Source: Mobula hypostoma (taxonomy: Eukaryota). Taken from it: a stretch of 64,000 nucleotides of DNA. The notes beneath the pieces were generated by a model that was not told the DNA's origin, ran no database searches, and saw nothing but the letters and a program-made list of their open reading frames with translations. Position 1 is the first letter of the stretch; each line of letters opens with the position of its first letter. This document shows, piece after piece, positions 1-11,995 of the stretch. Both the position numbers and the translations under genes were made by a program. The DNA lies in contig NC_086097.1 in NCBI RefSeq assembly GCF_963921235.1, positions 185,630,001 through 185,694,000 of the forward strand. Reading direction: 5' to 3'.

Positions 1-1549
1 GTCATTTGCTGAATTAAGTTATAGTTGTCTCTGTTTGCAAGTACTGGCATTCCAGTGCTGCTGAGTATGCTTTGGTATGAGCTCAGTTCTTGACACCTTT
101 CTTGTCCAATCTTGTCAGAAAAACAACTTCCATTCAGGGAAAATATATTGTGTTTGGGAAAATAAAGATATGTGGAAACTAAAATCTGTTTGGGGGAACC
201 ATTTTAAAATATAAGGGTTAGAAATTTGAGAATGTATCTTTTTCCTAGCATTTTCAACTTTCCCTTTTTCAGTGTCTCACAAGTCAATTACTCTATTTGG
301 ATGATCAGTTATTAGAAATGGGACAAACTCTGCATAATTATTTGAAATGTATGTTCTGGGTCAAAGCACAATTGCCTGAATGTTATGTCCTCTCAACTTG
401 TTTGCTGAGGGAAATAGATACTTCCTATTCGTCCAAGTAGAATCCTTGAAATGTTATCCACTGCCATTAAGTCCTGTTCTGTTTAAAGAACAGAGACTAG
501 TATTTCAGCTATGACATAACAAATGTTTTAAATAGTTCATGTATTACTTTCCTTCTCATGTTTTGAACTATAGCTAAATTAAATGGTATCCCATCTACCA
601 CCTTGTTTGTCTGCTGCCCTCAGTGATTAGAGGATTTACGATGTGTGGTCTACTTCTTAGTATACTATAATTTATTGTATTTATTTGACTTACCGATGTG
701 AATTGCCCAGTACTACTTCATGGAGAATTCTTAACATAGGGGTGGGGATTGGGGTGGTGGAGAGGAGGAATAGGGATCCCTGAAAACTACTTGTATTAAA
801 ACTTTCCATAAAATGAAGTCCATCATCTGCACTTCAAGAAATAAGAGGTGGAAAAAAAATTACATTTTTACACACATTTCACATGAATTTTATTTGTATC
901 TCAATTTTTTGAGGAGTGATTTGTGAATTCTCTAAGGATGAATTTCGACACCATAAGTGGCTGTAATGCAGGGTCTTCTGTGGGACTTTGACAGATGGCT
1001 CTATGCAGGTGTTAAACTTTTAACCTCAATGTCCTGATTATTTTCTTAAAGTCATAATTTCATGTTAGTTAAACATAATGTTCATTTAAAATGTCATTGA
1101 TGACCATCTTTCATAAAACAGTGCCTTTCCAAATGATTCTTCAGAATTTTCCATCGATGTGCCCATTAGCACTTGAATTAGGCTGACTGGTCAGTGATAG
1201 GGTCCATTCCTTTTTTAAATGATATCAAATTAACAACTTTACAGTTCTCTCAGACTAGGTCTGCATCCAAGGATGATTGGAAAATAAGAATACAAAACAT
1301 TAGAAGCAGGTGAAGGAAAGAAACATATGGCCCTTTGAGTATACTCTACTTTTAAATAAGGCCATGGACCAACTGGCCGTGAATTCAGCTTTGCTTTCCC
1401 TCTTGTTCTATTATTTTTCAACAGACCATGTCTCATTTTCCTAAGCTCTAGTATGTGTGGGCTCAACCTGTTTAACCTCTCCTTCCCAAAAATGTTACCT
1501 GCAGTGCAAGTATAAATTTGCTATTCTGCAGCTGTGGTCTCTTACAGAT

Positions 1550-1700
1550 TTTTGCATAGAAGTGGGATTAAAGGTTATGGGGGAAGGGCAAGGTAGGTGG
1601 AGATGAGTCCATTGCCAGATCAGCCATGATCTTATTGAATGACGGAGCAGGCTTGATGGGCCAGATGGCCTACTCCTGCTCCTATTTCTTATGTTCTTAC
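1550..1700 (+). mobile_element. CR1/HER1-like LINE 3' tail fragment
   Basis: gatcagccatgatcttattgaatg...ggcctactcctgctcctatttcttatgttctta tail, seen in many CR1 3' ends in this window. Confidence 0.75.
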
Positions 1701-3541
1701 CATACACTGTACAGCTGTAGCAAGACTTCTCTATTTTTATACATATTTTTTGCCGTAAAGGTCAGCATTTGGTTTGCCTTCCTAACTACTCATTGCCATT
1801 TGATCCAGTGTCCTCTTTGTTTTTGGGTTGGAGTTTGGGTATTGTACAGTGACTGACTTACCCCTGACACTAAGCACTTTCTCCCTTCACTGGGCACAAA
1901 TCAGGAGTGTTATGGAATACGCTACACTTGTCTAGATGAGTACAGCTCCACTAACTCAAGAAGATTGAGTTTATCCATTAAACTACAAAATGCTTTAATT
2001 TAAAACAAAACCCTTATTGGAACTGATGAGTTGGCCTGCTACTGTATGAATATTGATTGCTTTGTTTCTGTCATAACAATGATACTTGCACTTTGGAAAG
2101 TACTGTACTTCATTGGCAGTCAACTGATTTGGGATGTTGTGAATGGCTGTATCTATATGCACATGTTTTTGTTGCTAATTTAGTTGGTTGTGGTATTCTG
2201 GACAGATAGTATGTATTGTATTTAATAAATATCAGTTTAGGCATATAACTGAGGATGTGACATGACTTCACATTTGTAAGTGATTGCAGTGTTAATGTTG
2301 CATGTAACGTGTAATGCAGATGATGCAAGCTTATTTATAAGCAAAGTTGTCATCAGTCTAAAACTTGGAATACTTATCCATATATTGAAAGGGTCTGATT
2401 AAATTTCGTTGAGTTCATTAGCATCTTGTGCATCTATCTTTAGAGGTAATTCGACATAGATGGATTGCATTATTGCAACAAGTTTTTAATAATTAAAAAG
2501 GCTGGAAAGTCAAGCTAAGTGCTAAAATAAGTTGGTGACAACCCAGAATCATCTATGTGACCCACCTTTACACACTTTTAAGCATTTTACTATTATTTTA
2601 AGAAATAGGTAACTGGAACCTTAAATATGTCCTATAAAGGAAGGGTTTGTGTATGTTAAAATCCCGTAAGATGATACCTTTTCCTTGGTAATACTTTACT
2701 GCACTAATCCCAGATGCTTTTATTCCCTATATACGACAATCTACACATCGTTTTTGAGTGACTGGGCTTACACAGCCCCCTTGGATAGAGAACTCAAAGA
2801 TCCACCTACCTCTGTGAGAAGATATTTCCTTTTTAACTCAATCCTAAATCTGAAGACCCACCTAAATTTTCAGATTGTGACCCAGTTCTAGGCATCCCAC
2901 CACAAGCACTCTTGATGAAAATGCTGCATGTTTCAGTGAGACTGTCCTTCATTCTTTCAAAGCCAAAAGAGCATTTTCCCCCTCTGTTTAAGTGCTCCTC
3001 ATTAGGTATTTCCCCTCATCTCAGGATGAACCTGGTAAACTTTTGTTGCAATCCCTCTTGTAAGTACTTGCATCCTGAGGTAGGAAGAATGAAAAAAATA
3101 CTCAAAATATCCCTGTAACAAAATGTTCCAGTTGCATTTAACTGGGCCCAATTTATTTGCAGTAGGATCACTTTAATCTTATACTCAAATCCTCTTTCAA
3201 GAAAGACTAATAAAGTAGTTGCCTTCCAATTTGTTTGCTGTATTATATGATAACATCCAGTAACTTGTGAACAGGAGGACCTAGTAAATTGTGAGAAGAG
3301 GGATTAACCAGGGCAGGAGGGGTCTTTGATTGTGTTGTTTGCTTTCCCGGTGCTGTGGGAAGCAGAGTCAGAGTCTCCGTGGAGTGGAGACTGGTTTTTG
3401 CAATGAACTGAGATGTGAGTGATTTCTTCTTGTGTTGGCAGAGCAGTTGCTGTTACCAAGCTGATGCACCCAGATAAGAGACTTTCTGTGGTGCATCTAT
3501 AAAAATTGATGGGGTCATGCTAAATATCCTTCTGAATATCC

Positions 3542-4630
3542 ATGCCGAACACCACATTCAAGTTTGCTGATGACACCACTATCGGTGGCCGAATCGAAGG
3601 TGCTGACAAGTTAGCATATAAGAGGGAGATTGAAAATCTAGCTGAGTTGTACCATAAGAACAACCTCTTACTCAATGTCATTCATAGTCATAGTCGTACC
3701 TTATTGATCCCTGGGGAAATTGGTTTTCGTTACAGTTGCACCATAAATAATTAAATAGTAATTAAATAGCAAGACCAAGGAGCCAATTATTGGCTTCAGG
3801 AGGGGAAAACTAGAGGTCCATGAGCCAGTTCTCATCATAGGATCAGAGGTGGAGAAGATCAGCAACTTTAAATTTCTTGGTGTTATTATTTTGGAGGACT
3901 TGTCTTGGACCCAGCACGTAAGTACAATTGCTAAGAAAGCACAGCAGTGCCTCTGTTTCCTTAGGAATTTGCAAAAGTTCAGAGTGACATTTGAAACTTT
4001 GACAAACTTCTATAGATGTGCAGTGGAGAGTATATTGATTGACTGCAGCACAGCCTGGTATGGAAACACCAATGTCCTTGAATGGAAAATCCCACAAAAA
4101 GTAGTGGATGTGGCCAAAAATCCATTGCGGGTAAACCCCTCCCCATCGTTGAACGCAGTTACATGGAACGCCGTCACAGGAAAGGAATATCCATCATCAG
4201 GGACCTCCACCACCCAACCTCCCAGGACATATTCTCTTCTCACTGCTACCAGCAGGAAGAAAGTACAGGCCTCAAGACTCACACCACCAGATTCACAAAT
4301 AGTTATAGCTTTGAACCAAAGGGGATAACTTCACTCAACTTTACTTGCCCCATCACTGAGATCTTCCCACAACCTAAGGACTCTTCATCTCATGATCTTG
4401 TTTTTTATTACTTATTTATAATTATTGTTATTATTAATATTTCTTTCTTTTTGTATTTGCACAGCTTGTTGTCTTTTGCACAACTCGTTGAATACCAAAG
4501 TTGGTGCAGTCTTTCATTAGGGTTATTATTCTATTATGGATTTTAAGTATGTCCACAAGAAAATGAATCTCGAGTATATATGGTGATGTACATGTATTTT
4601 GATAATACATTTACGTTGAACTTTGAACCT
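3542..4630 (+). mobile_element. Rex1/Babar-like LINE, 5'-truncated RT C-terminus plus 3'UTR
   Basis: KFADDTTI...LNV/SKTK...FKFLGV...LSWTQH...[14 protein letters not shown]; ends in a ttgaactttgaa tail. Confidence 0.85.
3681..3768 (-). mobile_element. short LINE 3' tail with (GACTAT)n end, inserted into the Rex1 copy
   Basis: Splits aatgtca|gcaagaccaagg (LNV|SKTK). The same tail recurs at 46481. Confidence 0.7.
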
Positions 4631-4699
4631 TCTGAGGAAGTCGAAGTGCTGGTGTACTTTTTTAGCCCTGATATCTACATAGTTCACAACTGCATCTGT

Positions 4700-5062
4700 A
4701 GTGTGAACTTCCCATGATTCAGGAAATTTAAAGGACAGGTGTATAAAAAGGGCCCGTAGGATCATTGGGGACCGAAGTCACCCCAACCACATCTGTTCCA
4801 TCTGCTACCATCCAGGAAGTGGTACCGCAGCATAAAAGCCAGGACCAGCAGGCTCTGGGACAGCTTCTTCCACCAGGCCATCAGACTGATGAACTCACGC
4901 TGATTTGAGTGTACTCTATACACTAACTGTTCTATTTATTATAAATTATTATAAATTACTATCATTGCACGTTGCACATTTAGACGGAGACATAACATAA
5001 AGATTTTTACTCCTCATGTATGTGAAGGATGTAAGAAATAAAGTCAGTTCGATTCAGTTCGA
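4700..5062 (+). mobile_element. Rex1-like LINE 3' end
   Basis: Encodes ...HP.H...LLPSRK..RSIKARTSRL.DSFFHQAIRLMNS, then aataaag and a ttcag-type repeat tail. Confidence 0.7.
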
Positions 5063-5084
5063 CTAGGACAACCAGGACCTCCGA

Positions 5085-6505
5085 ACAGTATTCAAGATGT
5101 TGGCTACAAATTTTAATAGGAGATAGAAAAGGTATGTCAAAAATATGTTATAGTCATAGCAGATTTCAACTTACAGCTGGATTGGAAAAATCAGGTTGGT
5201 GCTGGATCCCAAAAGGGGGAATTTGTAGAATGCCAACAAAATAACTTTTTAGAGCAGCTCAGGCTTGTGCCAACTAGGGCATCAGCTATTCTAGATTGGG
5301 TGTTGTGCAATGAACCAAGATTGATTAGAGAGCTTTAAGGTAAAGGAACTCTTAGGAAATAGTAATCATAATATAATCGAATTCACCATGAAATTTGATA
5401 AGGAGAAGCTGAAGTCGGATGCACTATAATGGAGTAAAGGGAATGACAGAGACATGAGAGAGGAGCTGGCCAACATTGATTGGAAAAGAACACTGGCAGG
5501 GATGTCAGCTGAGCTGCAAAGGCTGGAGTTTCTAGGAGCAAGTTGGAAAGTGCAAGATAGATACATTCCAAAGAAGAAGAAGAAGAAGTATTCTAAAAGC
5601 AGGATGATGCAACCGTGACTGACAGTGGGAGTTAAACGGACCATAAAAGCCAAAGAGATGGCATATAATAGAGCAAAAATTAGTGAAAAACAAGAGGACT
5701 GTGAAGATTTAAATTTCAAATGAAGGCAACTAAATAAGTCATAAAGAAGGAAAAGATGGAATATGAAGGTAGGTTAGCCGATAAGAGGATACCAGAAGTT
5801 TCTTCAGATATACAAAGTGTAAAAGAGAGGTGAGGGTTGTTATCAGACTGCCGGAAAATGATGCTGGTGAGGGAGTAATGTGGGACAAGGAAATGGCAGA
5901 CGAACAGAGTAAATATTTTGCATCATTCTTCACTGTGGAAGACGGTAGCAGTATGCCAGAAATTCGAGAGTGTTGGGGGCAGAAGAGAGTGAAGTTGCCA
6001 TCACTAGGGAGAAGATGTTTGGGCAATTGAATGGTTTGAATGTAGATAAATCACCTGGACCAGATGGTATACACCCCAGGGTTCTGAAAGAGGTGGCTGT
6101 AGAGATTATAGAGGCATCAGTAATGATCCTTCAAGTATCACTAGATTCTGGAATGGTTCTGGAAGACTAGAAAATTCCAAACATCACTGCACACTTCAAG
6201 AACAGAAAGAGGCAGAAGAAAGGAATTGAGAGGTCAGTTAGTCTGACTTTGGTGGTTGGGAAGATGTTGGAGTCGATTGTTAAGGATGTGGTTTCAGGGT
6301 ACTTGGATGCACATGATAAAATAGGCCAAAGTCAGTGTGGTTTAAGGCAGAAGTTGATAAGTTCTTGACTAGTCAGGGGATGAAGGGTTATGGGAAGAAG
6401 GCAGGAGATTGAGACTCAGCGGGAAATGGATCAGATATGATGAAATGGCAGAACAGACTAGATGGGCCAAATGGCTTAATTCTGCTCCTATAGCTTATGG
6501 TCTTC
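5085..6505 (+). mobile_element. decayed CR1 LINE ORF2 (end of APE, linker, RT start) joined to a CR1 3' tail
   Basis: SKYFASFFT, DKSPGPDGIHPRVLKEVA motifs; CR1 tail at about 6345-6500. Confidence 0.85.
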
Positions 6506-6509
6506 TGGA

Positions 6510-6950
6510 CTTGGACAAGTTACTGGTGACATTTACACCCAGGAATCTGAAGCTGTCTGTTACCCCGCCTCCTAAAGCCAATGACTAGCTCTTTTGTTTT
6601 TCTGGCATGGAGGGAAAGGTGTTTGTTTTAACACCATGCCACCAGGCTCTGTCTCCTTCCAGTACTCCAGCTCATCATTATTCGAGAACTGGTCCACTAT
6701 GGTGACATCACCTGTGAAGTTGTAGATGGAGTGAGAAAAGAATCTGGCCATCGGTCCATGAGTATTTAGAGAGTAATATATTGAGCTGGGGACCCAGCCT
6801 TGCAGGACACAAGCGTTGAGGATAATTGTGGCAGAGATGCTGTTTCTCATCCTTACTCATTGCTGTGTATTAGTCATGAAATAAAAGATTCAATTGTAGG
6901 GGGAGATGCTGAGTCTTAGGTCTTGGAGTTTGGATGAGTTTATTTTGAAT
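6510..6950 (-). mobile_element. decayed Rex1-like RT fragment
   Basis: TIILNACVLQG..PS...YSLNTH...SIYNFTGDVTIV..NNDELEY. Confidence 0.7.
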
Positions 6951-7651
6951 TTGTAGTGGAGATATAGTCTATATAACCATAAGACATGAGCAGAATTAGG
7001 CCATTTGTCTTTTCGAGTCTGCTCCACCATTCCATCATGGCTGATTTATTATCCCACTCAATCCCATTCTCCTGCCTTCTCCCTGTACCCTTTGACCTCC
7101 TGACAAATCAGAAGCTTTTTTAAATATACTTAATGACTTGGCCACCACAGCCACCTGTGGGAATGAATTCCACAGATTCATCATTCACTCTGGATAAAGA
7201 AGTTCATCCTCATCTCGGTTCTAAGTGGATATCCCTCTATTTTAAGGCTGTCCTCTCTGGTCCAAGACTCTCCCACTATAGGAAACTTTCTCTCCCCATT
7301 CATTCTATTACGTCCTAATTCAATTGGTTTTCTGAGAACCCTCCCTCATTCTTCTAAACTCCAGCAAGTACAGGTCCAGAGCCATCCAATGCTGCTCCTC
7401 ATATGTTAACACTTTCATTCCTGGGAGTATTCTCATGAACATTCTTTGGACCCTGTCTAATGCCAGCACAAAATTGTTCTCAATACTCCAGGTCTGACCC
7501 ATGCCTTATAAAGCTGCAACGTTATATCCTTATTCTTATTTTCTATTTCTCTTGAAATGAATGTTAACATTGCATTTGCCTTCATTAAACAACACACATC
7601 AAAGTTGCTGGTGAACGCAGCAGGCCAGGCAACATCTCTAGGAAGGGGTAC

Positions 7652-7687
7652 AGTCGAGGTTTCAGGCCGAGACCCTTCGTCAGGACT
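7652..7687 (-). ncRNA. minimal type I hammerhead ribozyme motif (Penelope-type), one core substitution
   Basis: AGUC-CUGACGA-AGG-GUCUCGG-CCU-GAAA-C-c-UC-GACU: stem I AGUC/GACU, stem II AGG/CCU. Confidence 0.7.
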
Positions 7688-8012
7688 AACGGAAGGAAGA
7701 GTTAGTAAGAGATTTGAAAGTGGGAGGGGGAGGGGGAGATCCAAAATGATAGGAGAAGACAGGAGGGGGAGGGATGGAGCCAAGAGCTGGACAGGTGATT
7801 GGCCAAGGGGATATGAGAGGATCATTGGATAGGAGGCCCAGGGAGAAAGACAAGGTGGGGGGGGGAACCCAGAGGATGGGCAAGGGGTATAGTCAGAGGG
7901 ACAGAGGGAGAAAAAGGAGAGTGAGAGAAAGAATGTGTGTATGAAAATAAATAACAGATGGGGTACGAGGGGGAGGTGGGGCATTAGCGGAAGTTAGAGA
8001 AAATGTTCAGTT

Positions 8013-8048
8013 AGTCCTGACGAAGGGTCTCGGCTTGAAACGCTGACT
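8013..8048 (+). ncRNA. minimal type I hammerhead ribozyme motif, cleavage triplet mutated
   Basis: AGUC-CUGACGA-AGG-GUCUCGG-CUU-GAAA-C-G-cu-GACU. Confidence 0.65.
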
Positions 8049-8595
8049 GTACCTCTTCCTAGAGATGCTGCCTGGCCTGCTGCGTTCACCAGCAACTTTG
8101 ATGTGTGTTGCTTGAATTTCCAGCATCTGCAGAATTCCTGTTGATTGCATTTGCCTTCATTAACACTGGCTCAACCTACAAGTTAACCTTTAGGGAATCT
8201 TGCACAAGGACTCCCAAATGCCTATGCACCTCTGGGTTTTGAATTTTCTCCCAGTTTAGAAAATAGTCTATGCCTTTATTCCTTCCATCAAAGTGCATGA
8301 CCACGCACCTCCCTATACCATATTGTATCTGCCACTTCTTTGCCCATTCTCCCAATCTCTAAATTCTTCTGCAGACACCATGCTTCCTTGACACTATCTG
8401 CAGCTCCACCTATCTTCATATTGTCAGCAAACTTGACAACAAAGGCAACAATTCTGTCATCTAAATATTGATGTATAATATTGAACTTGAAACTGCTCAC
8501 TCTCTCCACTTCTGATCCCTCTATGAAGATTGGTATGTGTTCCTTCGTCTTACCCTTCCTGAAGTCCACAGTCAGTTCTTTCGTCTTACTGATGT

Positions 8596-9264
8596 TGTTG
8601 TGTTCTTGCGCAGTGTGTTGAAACTCTGACTAAACACCAAGTTAAATCGGAGCCAATGAAGACAGAGTTGTAGTAAGGTTAACCATTTACTGTTCACTCT
8701 TCCACATTAACATCATATGGTGAAAACTCTTGATTAAAAAAAAGTACAAACATATACAGCGTCTGTTTCATTCTGGAGACTATGCGGGCTCTCTTCTTTT
8801 AGCGAGTGTCTCCAGCCGCCCCGAGTAACAAGCGAGGGGTGTCCCGTCAAACCACCGCCGGGCCCGAGCCCACCCGTTTGAAATTGAAAAGCCAACACGT
8901 GCGCTACCCGAACCGCCGCTTCCTTAACAGAAACCGTGTTAATATTTTTACTTCAAATACTTCCATAGGAACTTACAGTGTTGCTTCTATAATGTTTCTT
9001 TGTGGGTTGACACGGAGCTCTTCACGATCATGCTGCACGCATGGCACCCGCCTTCTCACCTTCCCGAACCGGAGGTTACACATAAGACGCAGCGAAACCG
9101 GAGGTGACGTCATCACATGCCGCAATATACCATAGACAATGAATTTACCTTTGTTATACTGTAACTTAATTATCAACCTTTAACTTTAACTAGAAAATAG
9201 TTACAAACAAATCATCTAAAGCGTAGATCCAGCAAAGTCAAATAAATGCCTTAAGGGCAACACA
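8596..9264 (-). repeat. BEL 3' LTR (669 bp)
   Basis: Direct repeat of 11996-12631; CRE palindrome TGACGTCA at 9105-9112. Confidence 0.95.
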
Positions 9265-9330
9265 CTCCCCGCCTGACCTTTGTAAGGTCATTATAAACAT
9301 GGTATAGAACTTTAGTTCCTAGATCAGTCT

Positions 9331-11954
9331 TTAGGTAGAAGTAGAACAACCTCTGTAACTGGTCTCAGGTTTCCTTTTCAGGGTTCGTTGTAAAGATGTG
9401 AACCGGTTGACTGCCTGCTCTTTGTTGTTTGGCAAGCGCTGGCATTGTACTCTGAATGGTAGTGGGGTGACCCAATTGTTCGCTTCGTCTCTAAAGACCT
9501 TTGTGTCCATTATTTTTAAGAAGATGGCATCTTCCACCGAAGGAGCAAGTTTACTATTGTGCTTAGTTTGAGCGAAGACTGACTGTCCCAGTGTCTTCTC
9601 AGTTACTTTACTATGCTCGTGCCTTTGTTGTGCTTCCTTGATACACATAACACTTGTGGAGGGCTGAGAAATTGAATAGTGGCCTCTCTCTAGCACTTTA
9701 GTCTTGAGCGTGTTAACTGTCGGTTTGTGTATGTTGCTAGGGCACACCTCCCCTATCACCACCCAGCCCAGATCCAGACGTTGGGCGAAGGGGGCATCAT
9801 ATGGTCCATTGACCTGCTGCCTGACTTTGTGCACCCTAAGAATGTCTCTTCCAAGTAGCAGGAGTATTTCTGCTTCCGGATCCAGTTCTGGGATGTGCTT
9901 GGCCATGTGGTGGAGGTGGGGCTGGTGTAGCACTGAGCTTGGTGTCGGAATCTCAGATCGGTTATTTAAGATCTCATTGCACTCTAAGAGTGGAGGGAGA
10001 CTGATGACGACTTTGCCATCCAGCGACTCGAGCTGGAAGCCTCCTGCCTTCCTGCCATATGTTTCTGCAATGCCAGAGCAAGTTTTGAGGTAGTATGGGA
10101 ATGGATTACCCTTTATGCTGAACAACTCGAAGAACTCTGGTCTCACTAGTGAGCGGTTGCTCTGGTCATCCAGAATTACATAGGCTTTGATGGCCTTGTC
10201 TTTGGCTCCCTTAGGGTATACCTTAGTGAGGCAGATCTTTGAGCACGAATGGCTCGACTGACTTGGACTGCAAACTTCTGTGCAGCTCGAGCTGACAGTA
10301 GCTGTATCAGAGTGATGCCCTCCCTCCCCGCCATCCTCTTGCGGGAGCGGAGGAGCCTCGGCAGTTTGCGGTGACGGGCCGGGATGCATGGCCCCATCGT
10401 GATTAGTGCTGTTACATTCTGAGCACTTTACGGGGAATGTACAAACTTTAGCGAGGTAGGAGGTAGAGGAACAGCACTTAAAACATATTCTTTTTTCCTT
10501 GAGAAGGGCCTTTCTTTCATCAAAGGGTTTGTTTTGAAACATTCTGCATTTTTTGAGGGGGTGGGGTTTGTTGTGCAATGGACAATTCTTGCTAGGATCA
10601 TCGTTGGTTACGGAGACTTCAATTTTATGCACTGAGACGGGTTTATTGATGACAAAATTGTTCGAAATAGGTTTGACTGGGTTGGTGTGAGTTGTGGTGC
10701 TGCCTTGATTCATGAACCTAGGGTCGTTTCGCCTCTTCGCCTCCTTGCACACAAACCTACTAAAATACTCAAAGGGAGGGAATCGACCACCGTTCTCTTC
10801 CTTGTACCCTGAGCCAATAGACTCCCATCTTTCCTGCAGCCCAAATGGAAGTTTGTCCATAATTGGTCCAACTCTGCGTGAAGTATCCAGATACGACAGG
10901 CCAGTTAATTAGCCGTCTTCTTTAGCACCTTGAATCTCCATGAATAAATCTCCGAGTTCTCGTAATTTAGTGTGGTCCTTGGCTGACACCCTAGGAAAAT
11001 TGTCCAGCCATTGAAATAGCGCCCCCTCAATAATTTCAGGGGGCACATAGCAGTCCCGAAGTCTCTCCCATGCTTTGTGTAAGGCTAGCTTGGGGTTGTT
11101 GACATACACTGAGCATATGCATTTCACCTGTTCACTTGATTCCTTTCCCAGCCATTTAGTCATAAGGTCCAACTCTTGGATTGCTGTGAGCTGGACTCCG
11201 CCGGTGGCACTGCTGAATGAGGAGTGCCACGCATGGTAATTTTCAGGCTTATCGTCAAACTGGTACAGTCCTGAATTGATGAGGTCTCATCACGCTAAAT
11301 ACTGTGCCAAGGTTTCTGCTGCAGGTGGCGTGCTAAATGGGGGAGTATGTTGGGGGACATATGACTGAGCATGTACGTTCATGATGGGATTTGATGTTCT
11401 GACTTCAGCCTTTGTCTCTGCTCTCGCTGGATTTGGTAAGTTTGGTGTTGGGAAGTATTCGTAGTCAGCCCTTTCATACTTGAGTTTGTGGCAAGGTTGC
11501 AATTGTGAGTTGTCTTCCCCAGGTGGACACGATGCAATGAAGCTTCCTCGTGATTTCACATGAGATGGGACGCCAACAGGCAAGTATGGAGAGGGAGAAT
11601 GAATCTGCGGTCAATTTGAGATTGGACGTATTCGCTGGTGCGTTCCAATCTGGCTGTTTCTGACATAGATTTTCATGTTTCGTCTGGAACGTGCATTTCT
11701 TCAGCATTTTCCAACACTTGTGCTTCTCGTTGTAGCGTCAGCACTTCTAACTCTGTATCTATCCTTGCCTTTTCCTTCTGGTTTTCCGCATCTCTGGCAG
11801 CCTTTTCCATTTTCAGTTTTGCTTCTTGGTTAGCGTATGACGCTCGCACCTTGGTGGCTTCTGCTTCAGCCCTTGCGGGGGCAGCCACACTTGTCGACGT
11901 CCTACTGCTCTTGGCGCTGAGTGCAAGCGACTTGATGCTTGATCGCGAAGCCAT
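9331..11954 (-). pseudogene. disrupted BEL gag-protease polyprotein
   Basis: ORF pieces 11673-11954, 11290-11583, 10909-11172 and 9331-10860 (CPLHNKPHPLKKC, CFKCC, CSECNSTNH, LDDQS, LLLGRD, AQRLDLGWVVIG), broken by stops and frameshifts. Confidence 0.9.
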
Positions 11955-11995
11955 CGTACCACTTGTCGAAACATCTAATGATTTCGCCTTTTCAC

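Larger units (their letters stand above)
7589..8143. mobile_element. Penelope-like element, 5'-truncated with inverted pseudo-LTR and a 20-bp target-site duplication
   Basis: About 105-bp inverted arms (7590-7694 and 8006-8110). TSD attgcatttgccttcattaa at 7569-7588 and 8144-8163. Confidence 0.88.
6975..8480 (-). mobile_element. CR1 LINE 3' portion, interrupted by a Penelope insertion
   Basis: KFADNMKIGG, ANAMLTFISR, LDRVQRMFMRILPGMK and a CR1 3' tail at 6975. Confidence 0.85.

Noticed and set aside
9331..10860. 509-aa ORF as a domesticated host gene
   Set aside because: It is the middle of a BEL polyprotein with upstream stops and frameshifts, a mutated knuckle His and an out-of-frame deletion junction; both LTRs and the TSD are still present.
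11978..11995. tRNA-Glu half-molecule as primer for the BEL element
   Set aside because: From recalled tRNA-Glu(UUC) sequences only about 7 contiguous pairs form; not convincing without a tRNA search.
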